Assembly: GCA_038496445.1 (NCBI GenBank)
Contig: JALMLS010000225.1
Coordinates: 1 to 64,000 of the forward strand
Length of the DNA stretch: 64,000 nt
From: Trichosphaerium sp. ATCC 40318
Lineage: Eukaryota; Protista; Tubulinea
Direction: 5' to 3'
Within the stretch, counting starts at the first letter, position 1, and each line of letters opens with the position of its first letter. A model generated the notes under the pieces. The model was not told the origin of the DNA. It made no database searches and worked only from the letters and a program-made list of their open reading frames with translations. Positions 62,816 to 64,000 of the stretch are shown here, one piece after another. Position numbers and translations under genes: made by a program.

Positions 62816-64000
62816 ATGGCACAACCTGCACCGCTACCTCCAGAGACTCTAATGGTTGGTCCATACCGCCTAGGGGATACTCTAGGACAAGGAACAAGCG
62901 GTATTGTTAAAATAGCCAAACACGCTGAAACTGGAGAAACAGTGGCTATCAAAATCATAGACAAGTCTATCATTAACCACTACGAAGTGGTTGCAACTCA
63001 ATTAGCACGAGAAATAGCAGTAATGAAATTGTTAAACAAACATCCGAATATAATGCAGCTATACGATGTATACGAGAGTCCACAACACTTGTACGCCGTA
63101 GATACTTTTTTTTTGACAAAAAAGCGTACATTAACATGTACATAGGTTTCTTGTCATAGAATACGTTGGCGGAGGAGAACTATTCGATTGGATTATCGCA
63201 AGAGGCGTTGTCGATCTTGGTGAGGCTAAACGCATATTTAAAATGCTAATATCAGGCCTACACTACTGTCACGCTCATTTTATATGGTACGATTGACACT
63301 ACAGACAGTATTTTGCTGAATACGAACGATTTCGCTTTTATTTATGACGTAACGTTTTTTGACGCGTCCTTTTAGCCACAGAGATCTAAAACCAGAGAAT
63401 TTATTACTCTCATCGGATAAAAAAACACTTAAAATTGCTGATTTTGGTATGGCCAATGTAACCAAAGGTACACCTCTTATACTCCATTATAAGGTGTGAA
63501 AATGCTTCTAATATTTATGCAGATACTCTGTTGCAAACGTCTTGTGGAAGGTACGTCTACACAGCTCGCTCTTTATAGAACTTTGATTGATTTTTAAATT
63601 TATAAATTTTTGTTTTATTTGATTAACTCCTTGTTTTAGTCCTCATTACGTTGCACCGGAAGTTATTGCTTCTACACCTTACTCTGGAGAAAAGGCAGAC
63701 ACTTGGAGTTGTGGCGTAATCCTTTTCGCTATTGTGACGGTACACTGCAGAGAAACAAAAGGTTTTCTTGCTGATGTATTTTTTTTCGAAATAGGGAAGT
63801 TTGCCTTTTAACACAGAAAACCCTGCAGATGTAAAGTTACTCCTTCGTAGAGTAACAAGTGGGATATATAGAATCCCTTCATTTGTACCACCTGTTATAC
63901 AGGATTTGATACGTAAAATGATTGTATTAGATCCTGAAAAGCGTCTTTCAATGGCTCAAATAAAGGTGCGTTTAGAGAAAACAAAATCAATATTTTGTAA
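62816..64000 (+). CDS. CAMK-group Ser/Thr kinase, BRSK/SAD/AMPK-related (partial, multi-exon)
   Basis: [19 protein letters not shown]; VAIKII; [10 protein letters not shown]; [11 protein letters not shown]; IADFG; [13 protein letters not shown]; [10 protein letters not shown]. Confidence 0.92.

Overview
AT-rich, gene-dense eukaryotic genomic DNA with many short (about 40-90 nt) spliceosomal introns and GTACGN donors. An amoebozoan-type protist is most plausible (inference). Intron-rich host genes include a type-B carboxylesterase, a trypsin-like protease, a carnitine acyltransferase, PI-PLC, a beta-helix/class C GPCR, an F-box/LRR protein, a coiled-coil protein, DPH7, an RWD-RBR E3 ligase, a PhyH-type dioxygenase, a PH-SMP lipid-transfer protein, a globin-PH fusion and a BRSK-like kinase. 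Interspersed are intron-poor F-box-like genes with LRR or MORN repeats (giant-virus-like architectures), several of them decayed duplicates. Features the ORF track does not show: (1) three copies of an unidentified ~107-130 nt structured RNA gene with compensatory base changes, a shared -60 element, a TATA-like box and a T-run terminator, two of them head-to-head; (2) a 5S rRNA gene inside a DPH7 intron; (3) an inverted, internally deleted duplicate of an F-box gene; (4) a Rab pseudogene; (5) strong CACGTG enrichment. All gene models were read by eye, so boundaries are approximate.
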